A stretch of DNA of 45,534 nt from a virus. The stretch is taken from the IMG/VR virus record IMGVR_UViG_3300020058_000046. One strand, written 5' to 3'. Below are positions 9,306 to 18,526 of this stretch, in pieces; position 1 is the stretch's first letter; the number at the start of each line of letters is the position of its first letter. A program made the translations under genes and the position numbers. The notes beneath the pieces are model-generated. The model ran no database searches and was not told the origin of the DNA. It was given only the letters and a program-made list of their open reading frames with translations.

Positions 9306-9581
9306 TTATCGGTCACCGATTGCCATGACCGACACGGTGACATCGGTACTTGTGTCACCGCCGGATACGTCGACCGTTGCCTGCGACGTGCCGACTGCCG
9401 ACCACCCGGCTTCGCCCGACGCCGACGAAACCAGTAATGTCGGCGTCGAATCGAAGTCTTCGGACCACGATACCGTTGTCGAACCGTTGCCTGAACCGTC
9501 GGTCGACACCGTCGTTTCGTACACGTCGATGTCACCGCCGTCGTGCGTCGGGTCACCGAATGCTGTTTTTGCTTTTCCCAT
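9306..9581 (-). CDS. Small Ser/Thr/Gly-rich protein after the capsid gene (possible head decoration), 91 aa
   Basis: ATG at 9581, 14 nt after the capsid gene stop. Function inferred from position only. Confidence 0.45.
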   Translation of the reverse strand: MGKAKTAFGDPTHDGGDIDVYETTVSTDGSGNGSTTVSWSEDFDSTPTLLVSSASGEAGWSAVGTSQATVDVSGGDTSTDVTVSVMAIGDR

Positions 9582-9594
9582 TGTTCACACCTTC

Positions 9595-10818
9595 TTACTG
9601 CCCGACATTGTAGTGATACCGAATGCGCGAAGTCGACGACACGGCAAGGGTGCCGTAACTGTCGATTGCCATGTCTTCTTCGGGCGTCGTTCGCGCAAGT
9701 GGGTGAATCGTCGCGTCTTGTAGCATTGGCATGACGGTTTCCGACATATCAAGGGTCACCACGACCCTACTGCCGTCGGAATCAGGGGCACCGTGCGTTT
9801 CCATGACCGGCGTACCGTCAATGTTCAATGCCTGAAAGCCGAAGTCGACGGTGTCGCCCGGTGTGTCGTATCGCAGTACGTCGTCGACATCGTCTTTCAA
9901 GTCACCAAACACCGTATGGTCGACAAGGGTGACGATGTCGGCGTAATCGGCACCGCGTCGTCGCAGGTATTCGATGTCTTCGCGGATTTTCGACGTGCCG
10001 TACGTACCGCCGGATTCGGTGATAAGTTGGTCGGATTCGGAACGCACGACATCAGGCAAGCCGGGAAAACTGTTCGTGTCGAAACCGGACAGGTTCGACG
10101 CGTCGCCGTTGCCCCTGATTACCTGATTTTCCTCATAGAACCGTTGCGACCGCATTAGGCTTTCCTCTGTGATTGCCTGCGACGACCGTAACGTCTGTGC
10201 CGCAAGTTGCAGGAAATCGGTCACCGAAGTCTGCCGACCGTACGGCACGACATTGTACGAATGCGTGTCGAAGGTGTCGTCGGCTTCGACCCACGTTTCG
10301 TCTGTACCGCCGTTCGTACCCGGTTCGTAATACCGTTCGGCTTGCCCGTGGTCCGTCTGTTCGTCGACATTGTATTCGTCTGACTGTATCGCCGTGCGTG
10401 CCACCATGTCGGCAAACGGTGTCTGCCGTTCGTCGGTGACTGTGACATCGGGCGACACGAAAATCGGCAGACTGAACGACGGTCGGTTTATCTCTTTTGC
10501 GACCGTTTCGACTGCCGACCGAACCGACGCACCCTTGCGGATTGCCGCATTGAAGATGTCGTACGCGTCGGACCACACGGCGTCGTACATCTTCTTTTTC
10601 AGGTTCGTCGGGTCACCGCCGTTTTGGAAACCGAACGGGTCGTAATACAGCACTTCGTCACCGGGCAAGCCGGTGTTCTTTTCGACGACTTCGTGCAGGT
10701 TACTGAACGAAGCCGCGTACGCGTCGATTCGTTCTTTCTTGCTGATTCGACCACCGCGTCGACCACTTGCCTTTACGACTTCGGAACGCACCGGCGTTTC
10801 AGGGTAATCGTTTCGCAT
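9595..10818 (-). CDS. Major capsid protein (HK97-fold type), 407 aa
   Basis: ATG at 10818, 3 nt after the protease/scaffold stop. Size and order (portal, protease-scaffold, this gene) are typical for the major capsid protein. Confidence 0.8.
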   Translation of the reverse strand: MRNDYPETPVRSEVVKASGRRGGRISKKERIDAYAASFSNLHEVVEKNTGLPGDEVLYYDPFGFQNGGDPTNLKKKMYDAVWSDAYDIFNAAIRKGASVRSAVETVAKEINRPSFSLPIFVSPDVTVTDERQTPFADMVARTAIQSDEYNVDEQTDHGQAERYYEPGTNGGTDETWVEADDTFDTHSYNVVPYGRQTSVTDFLQLAAQTLRSSQAITEESLMRSQRFYEENQVIRGNGDASNLSGFDTNSFPGLPDVVRSESDQLITESGGTYGTSKIREDIEYLRRRGADYADIVTLVDHTVFGDLKDDVDDVLRYDTPGDTVDFGFQALNIDGTPVMETHGAPDSDGSRVVVTLDMSETVMPMLQDATIHPLARTTPEEDMAIDSYGTLAVSSTSRIRYHYNVGQ

Positions 10819-10820
10819 TG

Positions 10821-12560
10821 TCAGTCACCACCTTTCAGACGCGGATTCGCGTTGTTCGTCGACCCGGTCGTCGAACCGGTGTCGTCACCGTCGTCGTCGA
10901 AGTCGATGTCGTCGTACGCGTCTTCGACTTCGGAATCGGTGTCGACGCCGGCAGTCTGTTCGACCATGCCCTTGCGGGCGACTGTGCCACCGTCACCGCC
11001 GTCGTTGTCGGCGTCGGCGTCGACGCCGATTGCGTCGGCGATTTCATCGACGCGTTTTTCGACTGACTTCATTCGGTCGTTTTCGGGTGCGTCGTCGTCG
11101 ATGTCACCTTCGTCGATTCGGTCGTTCGGCACGTCGTCGCCGACTGCACCTTTCAGTTGTTCGACTTCGTCTTCGACCGTCGTAAGCCGGTCGTCGAAGT
11201 CGTCGACCTTTTCGTCGACACCTTTCACCATTGATTTCAATTCGTCGATACCGTCGGCGACATCGTCACCGCCGTCGCCGGTGTCCGTGCCCGTTTCCGG
11301 GTCGTCGTGTTCGTCTGTCATGGATTGCGAACCGCCGTCGTTCTTGCCTGACTGTTCGACTTCGTCTTCGTCGTCTTCGTCGTCGGATTCGCCGGCGTCA
11401 CCGCCGTCGCCGTCTGACATTGCCGATTCGATTATGTTACTGGCTTCGCGTAACATATCGACAATGGCTTCGGCGTCGTCGTCGGGCATTTCTGCCTTTG
11501 CCGATACCGTGCGTTCGGCAAGTGTGACACCGGGCGTATCCGACTGCAATGCAGTCTGAATCGGGTGTGTGCCGTCGTTGTCCATGTCTGTGCGTTCGTC
11601 GTTGTTACCGCCGTCACCGCCGGCTTTCGCGCGTCTGTCGACCGTGTCGACAAGGTCGTCGACAGGGATTGGTGTACCTGCACCGTATATCGAAAAGCCG
11701 GATAATTCACCTGACTGTACGCGGTTCCATTCGTCGTCGACGAACCGTTTGCCGACGACCCACGTACCGGCAGGGTACGTCACCGATTCACCGTCGGGCG
11801 TTTCGAATGACGTTTCCTCTTTCAGTATCCAACTTTCGACCGGCGTACCTGCACCGTCTTCAAGGTCGTGGTCGGAATCCATCTTGCGGTATTCCGACAT
11901 ATATTCGTGTGCCGTCTTTTCGACGACATACGGTGGTATCACGTCACCTTGTTTATCCGGTTGGTTGGGTATCAAGACTGCCGCGTAAGCAATCTGTTTT
12001 TCGCCGTCGTCGTTCCGTGCCGTGACATCGACATCGGCGTCTTTCGCCGTCATTCCGATGTCGTCAGGGTCGAAGTCGTCAGGGTCGAAGTCGTCGGGCA
12101 AGCCGGCACGCGTCGACCCTAAATCCGGCGGGTCGTCGACTTCGTCTTCGGGCACGCAATTCGGCACTTCGTCGCCCGAACCGTCAGGGTCCGGTTTCAT
12201 GCCGACCATGACCCACCCGTCTTCGCACGGGTCGTCTTCTTGCTTACACGGTCGACACAAGCCGTCGTCGTCGGCAGGAAAGACGAACGGTCGTTCGACT
12301 TCGCGTGCCTTTCGACGCGGTGTGTCGGCGTCTTTGAAAAGCAACCATTCGGAATCTTGTGCAGGTGTGTCGACAGACGACACGAATTCCGTTGTTAGTG
12401 ACGTAAGTACATTTTGCGCGTCAGGGTCGTCTAACACCTTCGCACGTTCTTGTAACCACGCGCAAAATGCGTCAGGGTCGTCGACTTCGCCGGTATTGTC
12501 ACGAACGCACGCGTCGAAGTCGTCGTACCCTGCAAACGGTTTCTGTATCGTCTGACTCAT
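10821..12560 (-). CDS. Prohead protease (XkdF-like) fused to an acidic coiled-coil scaffolding region, 579 aa
   Basis: The central segment IAYAAVLIPNQPDKQGDVIP...AHEYM...SDHD...WVVGKRFVDDEWNRVQSGELSGFSIYG matches the XkdF-type pattern. The C-terminal half is Asp/Glu-rich with heptad-like stretches. Confidence 0.7.
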   Translation of the reverse strand: MSQTIQKPFAGYDDFDACVRDNTGEVDDPDAFCAWLQERAKVLDDPDAQNVLTSLTTEFVSSVDTPAQDSEWLLFKDADTPRRKAREVERPFVFPADDDGLCRPCKQEDDPCEDGWVMVGMKPDPDGSGDEVPNCVPEDEVDDPPDLGSTRAGLPDDFDPDDFDPDDIGMTAKDADVDVTARNDDGEKQIAYAAVLIPNQPDKQGDVIPPYVVEKTAHEYMSEYRKMDSDHDLEDGAGTPVESWILKEETSFETPDGESVTYPAGTWVVGKRFVDDEWNRVQSGELSGFSIYGAGTPIPVDDLVDTVDRRAKAGGDGGNNDERTDMDNDGTHPIQTALQSDTPGVTLAERTVSAKAEMPDDDAEAIVDMLREASNIIESAMSDGDGGDAGESDDEDDEDEVEQSGKNDGGSQSMTDEHDDPETGTDTGDGGDDVADGIDELKSMVKGVDEKVDDFDDRLTTVEDEVEQLKGAVGDDVPNDRIDEGDIDDDAPENDRMKSVEKRVDEIADAIGVDADADNDGGDGGTVARKGMVEQTAGVDTDSEVEDAYDDIDFDDDGDDTGSTTGSTNNANPRLKGGD

Positions 12561-12866
12561 TACGACCCTTCGGTCGATATGTGTGCCCCTTCAAGTATTA
12601 GTGTAATCCGACCGTTTAGCACTATCGTCGGCAGAAACGTCGCGTGAACGGTAAACGTTCAGGGGAATACCTGAACCGAACCGTTCCTTGCAGGTTTTAG
12701 AAATCCGCCGGGTGTGACGCCGGCGGTGTGTGATTGCTCACAGACGACAACGACAGTCGGTTCGTTGCGGGCGACACACCGAACAACCGACCGACCCATG
12801 TTGTCGGCGGTGTCTGACACACCGCAACCGGAACAAGGCACACCGTCAGTAAAAACGTGTCGGGTA
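12561..12866 (-). other. 306-bp structured non-coding spacer between portal and protease genes, with its own promoter-like box
   Basis: Minus strand has CCGACACGTTTTTAC at 12850-12864. Hairpins at 12657-12676 (GTTCAGG/CCTGAAC), 12705-12726 (CCGCCGG/CCGGCGG) and 12809-12823 (GGTGT-CTGAC-ACACC). Confidence 0.5.
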
Positions 12867-15815
12867 TTACAGTACGTCGTTCAGTCGGTCGTCGTACTTG
12901 CGTTTCCAATTGTATAGGGTCGGCTTCGATACTAACCCGTGTTCGTCGTCGTCGTATGACGACGACCGCGTCAGTCGGTTGTTCAGGTGTCGTTTCGCCG
13001 GTTCGACCGACCCGCCGGATTCGGTGAATGCCGTGCGTAATGCCTGCACGATGGATTCACCTAATGCGCGTTCAATCTGCCGTTCGCGGTCGGAACGGGC
13101 AAGGTCGTCGGCAAGTTTCGACACCGTGTCGCGGTACGATTCGCCGGCGTCGTCGTCGACGCACCCACACTTGCCGACCGAATTGAAGACTTCGGCGTCG
13201 GGCACAGTCACGTCGATATCGGTGTCGGCAGTCGTGTCACGAACGAACGTGTGCCGGCAGTTAATGTGTGGTGTGTGCCGACGGTATTGCAGATTCGGAA
13301 AGTGGTTTTCACTTGCTTCGCGTTCCAATCGAACTAACGTCTTCATGTCGACAGGTTCACCGGGCACGAAGTCGAAGTCGGTGTCGGGCGTACCCGATTC
13401 CTGCCCGGTCGCAATCTTCAAGTCTTCGCACAATGCCGTCGTGCGACTGTCGCCCGGACCCTGCCAATAGTACACGAATCTGTCCGAATCGTCGCGGTCT
13501 TGATATCCGATTTCACGCGAACGGTTCAGTACCGAAGTCGTTTCTGTCCGTGCCACCGTTTCAAGGTCGTCGGCGTCGGCACCCGGAAACACGTCTTGCA
13601 TTCGGTCGACGATACTGTCTAACGACCACCCTTGCGGTTGCGTTAGTGATTCCTGTACGATGTCTTCGACCCTGTCGCGCAAGTCGGTCGGCACGGATTC
13701 GAACCGTTCGAACACGGCACCACGGTCGACGGCTTCGTTCACCGCGTCGCGTACGTATTCCGGCACGACATCGTCACGATTCCATGTTCGTTTTTCGATG
13801 TCGTCGACCGACGCCGGTTGTATCTGGTCTTTGTGTGCAGTTAACAGGTGCCGGTCGAATTCGACAAGTTCGGCGTCGGACAGTACGACGGTGCCGTCTG
13901 TGCCGTCGGTGGGTCCGTCACCGCCGTCGCCGTTTCCCGTGTCACCGCCGTCGGCAGGTTCGTACAAGTCCCATTCAGTCGACAACGACAGGGTTTCCCT
14001 GACTTCGTCGATTCGGTCGGCAAGACTGTCGGACCATTCGAAGCCGGCGTCACTTCCCCAAAGTTGGTCGGATAACCACCCATTGTCTTCGTATCGGTGG
14101 TCGTGGTCGTCGGCGTCGAATTCGTGATTGCCTTGTGCCCGGTGCCGGCGATGAAAGTTCGCAATTTCAACAACGTACGGCACACCGTCGTCGTTCGTGC
14201 CGATAAGCGGTTCGTCGTCTTCGTAATGCCTGATAATCTGCCGTGCCCGTTGTAAGGCTTCTTGCGTACCACCCGACGCCGTTTCCCTGCCGTGTTCGTC
14301 GATTAGTTCAAGGGCACGTTCGCAGGCTTCTTTTGCACCCTTCGGCGGTACGAACCTGTCTTCGGATATTTCAGACAAGACGGCTTCGGGTATCTGTTTC
14401 GTCACGTCGCCGGCGTCGTCGGTCGACATGAACAACCCACCGCCGGCGTCACCGCCGTCGTCTTCGGGCACGACCGTACCGTCTTCGACCACGATACGAC
14501 CGTCGCGGTACTGCACCTTGCCGTCAGGGTCGTCGGCGTCTTCGTCGACTGCACCCGCAATTGCCCGTGCCGCGTTTGCCTGCGATTCTATCAAGTCGGC
14601 ACGGTCTTTTCGTTCGGCGACTGTCTGTTCGCGTTCGAATTCGAATTTCAAGTCTTCGGATATGTCCGACCATATCAAACCCCTGTTAATTGATTCCTCT
14701 AACTGACGAAGTAAGACCCTGAATCCGCGTTGTGCATATGCTTCTTGTTGTGACGTATCGGTCGCACGGTTCGTATTTTCGAAGTCGAAACCCGCATACG
14801 ACGGGTTAACCTTGAACACGGAACCTAACACCGTCACCCAATACTTTGTACGTTCAAGTATCTGCAATTCCTGATATGACGGTGTAATCGGCGTAAAGTC
14901 GACGGGCACCTTGCTGTACCCGACGCGGTGTCGTTCACCTTCGTCTAACTGCATACCTTCGACGAATGTATCCCAATCTTCGTCGGGCACGGTGCCGAAT
15001 TCGTCTGTGAAATCCGGCGACACCACACCCGGCGGTGACCCGGCAATCAAGTCTAAGCGTTCTTTCGTCTGTAATTCCTCTATCAATTCGACTTCGTGTC
15101 GCGTCTTTTCTAACGGACCTTCGCCGTAATGCCTGTCCGGTCGTGGTGACCAACTGAACCACACGACTTCGTCGATGTCGAATTCGGCGGTGACATCTTG
15201 CGACCGCCGACTTGCCTGCATATATCCCTGCGTGATTCCGTGGTCGTTCACCTTCTTAAACATCGTTGCACTATCAACAAGCAAGATTTCAGCAAGGTCG
15301 TCGGAATTTTCAAAGTAGTGCTTTACCCAACAGGAATCGCCGAATTCTAATAGAATCCGTGACGTGCCCGCAAGTACGTCACGAAACGGCAATTCCGGGT
15401 GCAGGCTTCGCACATTGCGTTCGGCTTCGGATAATTCCTTGTCACTAAACGAATCCTGCATATCGGAATCACGCGGCTTAATCTGCCATGACGCCGAAGC
15501 CGCGTCTTGCGACAGGGTATCGACGTATGCCTGCACTATTGCGTTCGACGCAATGTCGCGCAAGAATATCGGGTCGTACGGCTTCGCAATCCCTGATTGG
15601 TCGACGACCGCGTCTTCAAGCAACCCGTACGTTTCTGCCCGCCGGTCGATTCCTTGTTTTTCGACGATATCCGACCCGTCGGTTCCGTCACGACGCCGTC
15701 GGAATTCGTGTCGGCGTCGGCGGGCACCGGCAGTCTGTTCCGGCGGTGTCGTCGACGACCCTGACGACGACAACGGTGACGTTAGTATGTTGATAAACGA
15801 ATCGCCGAATGACAT
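12867..15815 (-). CDS. Portal protein fused to a Mu-F/SPP1 gp7-like head morphogenesis domain, 982 aa
   Basis: ATG at 15815. The N-terminal ~450 aa are portal-like. The middle has the GT..AL.RAR.I......FHRRH...G motif block. The C-terminal part has the ...HTPHINCRHTFV Mu-F-type signature. Confidence 0.8.
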   Translation of the reverse strand: MSFGDSFINILTSPLSSSGSSTTPPEQTAGARRRRHEFRRRRDGTDGSDIVEKQGIDRRAETYGLLEDAVVDQSGIAKPYDPIFLRDIASNAIVQAYVDTLSQDAASASWQIKPRDSDMQDSFSDKELSEAERNVRSLHPELPFRDVLAGTSRILLEFGDSCWVKHYFENSDDLAEILLVDSATMFKKVNDHGITQGYMQASRRSQDVTAEFDIDEVVWFSWSPRPDRHYGEGPLEKTRHEVELIEELQTKERLDLIAGSPPGVVSPDFTDEFGTVPDEDWDTFVEGMQLDEGERHRVGYSKVPVDFTPITPSYQELQILERTKYWVTVLGSVFKVNPSYAGFDFENTNRATDTSQQEAYAQRGFRVLLRQLEESINRGLIWSDISEDLKFEFEREQTVAERKDRADLIESQANAARAIAGAVDEDADDPDGKVQYRDGRIVVEDGTVVPEDDGGDAGGGLFMSTDDAGDVTKQIPEAVLSEISEDRFVPPKGAKEACERALELIDEHGRETASGGTQEALQRARQIIRHYEDDEPLIGTNDDGVPYVVEIANFHRRHRAQGNHEFDADDHDHRYEDNGWLSDQLWGSDAGFEWSDSLADRIDEVRETLSLSTEWDLYEPADGGDTGNGDGGDGPTDGTDGTVVLSDAELVEFDRHLLTAHKDQIQPASVDDIEKRTWNRDDVVPEYVRDAVNEAVDRGAVFERFESVPTDLRDRVEDIVQESLTQPQGWSLDSIVDRMQDVFPGADADDLETVARTETTSVLNRSREIGYQDRDDSDRFVYYWQGPGDSRTTALCEDLKIATGQESGTPDTDFDFVPGEPVDMKTLVRLEREASENHFPNLQYRRHTPHINCRHTFVRDTTADTDIDVTVPDAEVFNSVGKCGCVDDDAGESYRDTVSKLADDLARSDRERQIERALGESIVQALRTAFTESGGSVEPAKRHLNNRLTRSSSYDDDEHGLVSKPTLYNWKRKYDDRLNDVL

Positions 15816-15845
15816 TCTTGTATCTGATTCGTGCGTCGCACGACT

Positions 15846-16766
15846 TTAGTGTTCGTCACGCGTCTGTGGTTGCACGTCACCGTCACACCGACACCTGCCG
15901 AATATGTGATAATCGGCAGTCGGTCGTGTCACACCGAATTCGCGGGCGATACGTGCGACGACCGGGTCGTCGCGTCGACTGTGTGACTGCCGCAATTCGT
16001 CACATAACGCCGTCGTGGTACTTGCCCGTGGTATCGGGTCGACATCGACATCGTGGTCGCAGTCGTCGCGCAAGTGCTTGTACGCCGTCGATACTGCGAT
16101 ACGATACGCCGACGCGCATTCGTCGACGGTTACCGTTTCGTTCCGTCTGTACGCGTGACGAAGGTGCCCGCATTCGGCAGTCGACAGTACGGCGTCGACC
16201 GGGTCGTCGCGTCGGCAGTCGTGGTCACACCTGCCCCAAAGGTGTTTATGAACCGCATTCGCCGACCGATGAAAGTCTGCCATGATGTCGGCTTTCGTTG
16301 CCCCTGCCCGGAACGCGTCGCGGATATCGCAACATTCGTCGACGCCGACACGCGGCGATGTCGTCGGCGGGTCGTCGTGGTCGTGGTTGCACCGACCTTC
16401 GGCATGACGGAATACTGCCGACGGGTGTACCGTGTCGTATCTGTCCATGACCGTCGACGGTCGACGTGCCTGCCGCATTCGGCGTCGTATGTCTGCACAG
16501 TCGTCGGCGTCGACTGCCGACGGTGATTGGTCCGACCCTGACGCCGACGCGTGTGACGTGCCGTCTGACGCCGTCTGTGACCGTTCACAGTCGCCGGATA
16601 ACATCGACGGTTTCCGTGCCGACCGTGGTAACTTGCCGAATCGCACGATTCGTTCGGCTTCGGAACGGTCGAACGCCGTGTCGCCGGTCGACAGATATTC
16701 GATTCGGGCACGGTCGGCGTCGTCTAAGTCGACCGACTGTAAGTCAGGGTCGGTTACTGTTGACAT
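15846..16766 (-). CDS. DNA-binding protein with four tandem Cys/His-decorated HTH-like repeats, 306 aa
   Basis: ATG at 16766 (the ORF-track start at 16775 is GTG). There are 4 repeats of about 48 aa with the pattern [DE]C..[IL]R-x18-25-[VA]..H[LAI].G[RD]C.[HC]D. Confidence 0.7.
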   Translation of the reverse strand: MSTVTDPDLQSVDLDDADRARIEYLSTGDTAFDRSEAERIVRFGKLPRSARKPSMLSGDCERSQTASDGTSHASASGSDQSPSAVDADDCADIRRRMRQARRPSTVMDRYDTVHPSAVFRHAEGRCNHDHDDPPTTSPRVGVDECCDIRDAFRAGATKADIMADFHRSANAVHKHLWGRCDHDCRRDDPVDAVLSTAECGHLRHAYRRNETVTVDECASAYRIAVSTAYKHLRDDCDHDVDVDPIPRASTTTALCDELRQSHSRRDDPVVARIAREFGVTRPTADYHIFGRCRCDGDVQPQTRDEH

Positions 16767-17092
16767 TCGTCGCACACGTTATATACCGACAGTTGGTCGA
16801 CCGGCGTAAGCCGGTAACAACGGGTGCATTCGCGTACTTGTGGGTGTTCGTCGTCAGGTTCACCGTTTCGGCAGACTTCGTCGACGTGCCCGGTGCAGAT
16901 ATACCGTCGGACACCTTCGGGCGTAAACACCCATGTCACCGCGTCGTTCTTGCACCTGTTGTCGACCGGACCTTCGGCGTTTAAGGGTCGTGCGTAACAA
17001 TTCGATTCGACGCCGTCGGCGGTGTCGTGCATACGTGTGGTTGCGCGTCGCCCGCCGAAAAAGTGCCGGTGAATGTCACCGACAGTCTGCAC
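16754..17092 (-). CDS. Cys-rich (zinc-binding) small protein, 92-112 aa
   Basis: GTG at 17092, or ATG at 17032. Multiple C..C / C...C pairs (CTGH..VC, CTRC, CDEC). Confidence 0.6.
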   Translation of the reverse strand: MQTVGDIHRHFFGGRRATTRMHDTADGVESNCYARPLNAEGPVDNRCKNDAVTWVFTPEGVRRYICTGHVDEVCRNGEPDDEHPQVRECTRCYRLTPVDQLSVYNVCDECQQ

Positions 17093-17333
17093 ACCGACCG
17101 CCGGTCAATATCCGATTGCAGGCAAGGAATCGTGCCGGTGCCCGTCGCGTCGGTTCGATTGCGTCGTCGCAGTCTGTGCAGTAAAGGTCGGTTTCCCTGA
17201 CGTACACGGTGGTCGTGCCGATAGTGACGCCGACACGCGGTTCGTGCCCGCCGTATCGACCCGAACCGACTTCGTCTGTCATGTGCAGGTAATACGCAAG
17301 TCCTTGCGGTGACCACATACCCGAATCAGTCAT
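17076..17333 (-). CDS. Zinc-ribbon protein, 85 aa
   Basis: ATG at 17333 overlaps the upstream stop (ATGACTGA). Contains CTDC...x19...C...CADC. Confidence 0.6.
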   Translation of the reverse strand: MTDSGMWSPQGLAYYLHMTDEVGSGRYGGHEPRVGVTIGTTTVYVRETDLYCTDCDDAIEPTRRAPARFLACNRILTGGRCADCR

Positions 17334-17724
17334 TGCCCCAATCGTCACCGTATCGCAGTCGGCGGGCAGGTGACAAGTTGCCTGCACCCGTCGCAGGGTC
17401 GGCGTTCGTACCGTGACAATACTTGCACCCGTCGCGGGTCGTGCAGGTGCCGACCGGCTTCAAGACGAAGTCGACCGCGTCAGGGTCACCCGAACGAAAT
17501 TCGCATTCGGGCAACGGTTGCGCGTTGTCGGCGTCGCGGTCGACGCGTTCCGTGTGGTCGTCGCCGTCGACGAACACGATTGTACCGTCGTCGTCAGTCT
17601 TCGGAACGTGCGTCGACCGACTGTTCTTACTGCGTGCCCGTACTGCGACTTCGACGCCGTCGTCGTACACGTCGGTCGATTGTGGGTCGGTACTGCCGTC
17701 GCCGTCGTCTGTTGCTTTCGACAT
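17326..17724 (-). CDS. Acidic protein of unknown function, 132 aa; first gene of the portal operon
   Basis: ATG at 17724, preceded by GGTGCGACACACCG and a TTTTAA box 38 nt upstream. Confidence 0.7.
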   Translation of the reverse strand: MSKATDDGDGSTDPQSTDVYDDGVEVAVRARSKNSRSTHVPKTDDDGTIVFVDGDDHTERVDRDADNAQPLPECEFRSGDPDAVDFVLKPVGTCTTRDGCKYCHGTNADPATGAGNLSPARRLRYGDDWGND

Positions 17725-17780
17725 CGGTGTGTCGCACCGGGTGCCCGTTCGGGCGTTCGCGTTAAAAGTCTGTCGTCGTC
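17725..17780 (-). promoter_or_regulatory. Promoter of the packaging/head operon
   Basis: Minus strand reads GACAGAC-TTTTAAC, then 27 nt, then GGTGCGACACACCG-ATG. Confidence 0.6.
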
Positions 17781-17808
17781 AGTCTAAAGATTGAATCTTC
17801 GCCCGGTC

Positions 17809-17956
17809 GACCCTGTCTGCACAGTCGGCGTCACAGTCGCCGTCAGAAACGGCACAGTCGGTCGTGTGACCGTCGCAGTCGTACGTGCCGTATGGGTCGA
17901 ATCAGGAAAAGAACCGTCGCGTGCCGTACGCCGTCGACCCTGACGACCCTGCCGCG
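17809..17956. repeat. Phased-repeat boundary element, copy 2
   Basis: Begins at the TGA of 17957..18526. Nearly identical to copies 3 and 4. Contains TTCTTTTCC (minus strand) and 4 copies of GACTG[TC]G. Confidence 0.9.
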
Positions 17957-18526
17957 TCAGTCGTCGTCGTTGTCGGCAGTACCCAACCCGTCGATGTCCG
18001 TACCGGCAAGTGCCGCGTCGACGACTTCGGTGTCGAACGCGTCGACTGCGTGTGCGACGATTGGGTCGGCGACTGTACTGTCAGGGTCGACCCTGTCGAA
18101 CAGTTGCGACAGGAATTCGACCCGACGGTCGAATTGCGGTCGTGTCTGACTGTCGTACAGGTGTTCGATTGGGATTCGTGCAAGCCGACCCGACGGGTAA
18201 TCGTACGTCTTGTCGGCAGGGTCGGCGGGTATGTCTTGCGGCTTCGTCGGCACGAACACGCATTCGAATATCGTGTCGTCGGGTCGGATTGGTAACCACG
18301 GGTGAACCTTGTACGTGGTTAGGTCGAAGTCTTCGTCGTCGAAGTATTCGACCGCCGTGTCTGCACGAACGCGACTGACGTACAACGGTCGACCTTGCAC
18401 AAGGTCGATTACGATGTCGCCCGGTTGTACCTGTCGCGGGAATTGCGACAGACTGTCAGTCAGTCGGTCGTGTGCCTTGCGTTCCGATTCGTCGAACGTG
18501 TTGTCGATTGCACCGTGTTCAGACAT
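17957..18526 (-). CDS. Acidic protein of unknown function, 189 aa
   Basis: ATG at 18526 (MSEHGAID...) overlaps the stop of 18519..19094 (ATGTCTGA). The longer ORF-track version (to 19072) runs through the upstream gene in a Ser/Thr/Arg-rich frame. Confidence 0.7.
   Translation of the reverse strand: MSEHGAIDNTFDESERKAHDRLTDSLSQFPRQVQPGDIVIDLVQGRPLYVSRVRADTAVEYFDDEDFDLTTYKVHPWLPIRPDDTIFECVFVPTKPQDIPADPADKTYDYPSGRLARIPIEHLYDSQTRPQFDRRVEFLSQLFDRVDPDSTVADPIVAHAVDAFDTEVVDAALAGTDIDGLGTADNDDD

Noticed and set aside
12659-12841. A 46-60-aa Cys-containing ORF in the portal/protease spacer.
   Set aside because: The product is basic and Val-rich, unlike every other product here. It uses the otherwise avoided GAG codon, and its GTG start would lie only about 9 nt from the TATA-like box. 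I describe the region as a structured non-coding spacer instead.
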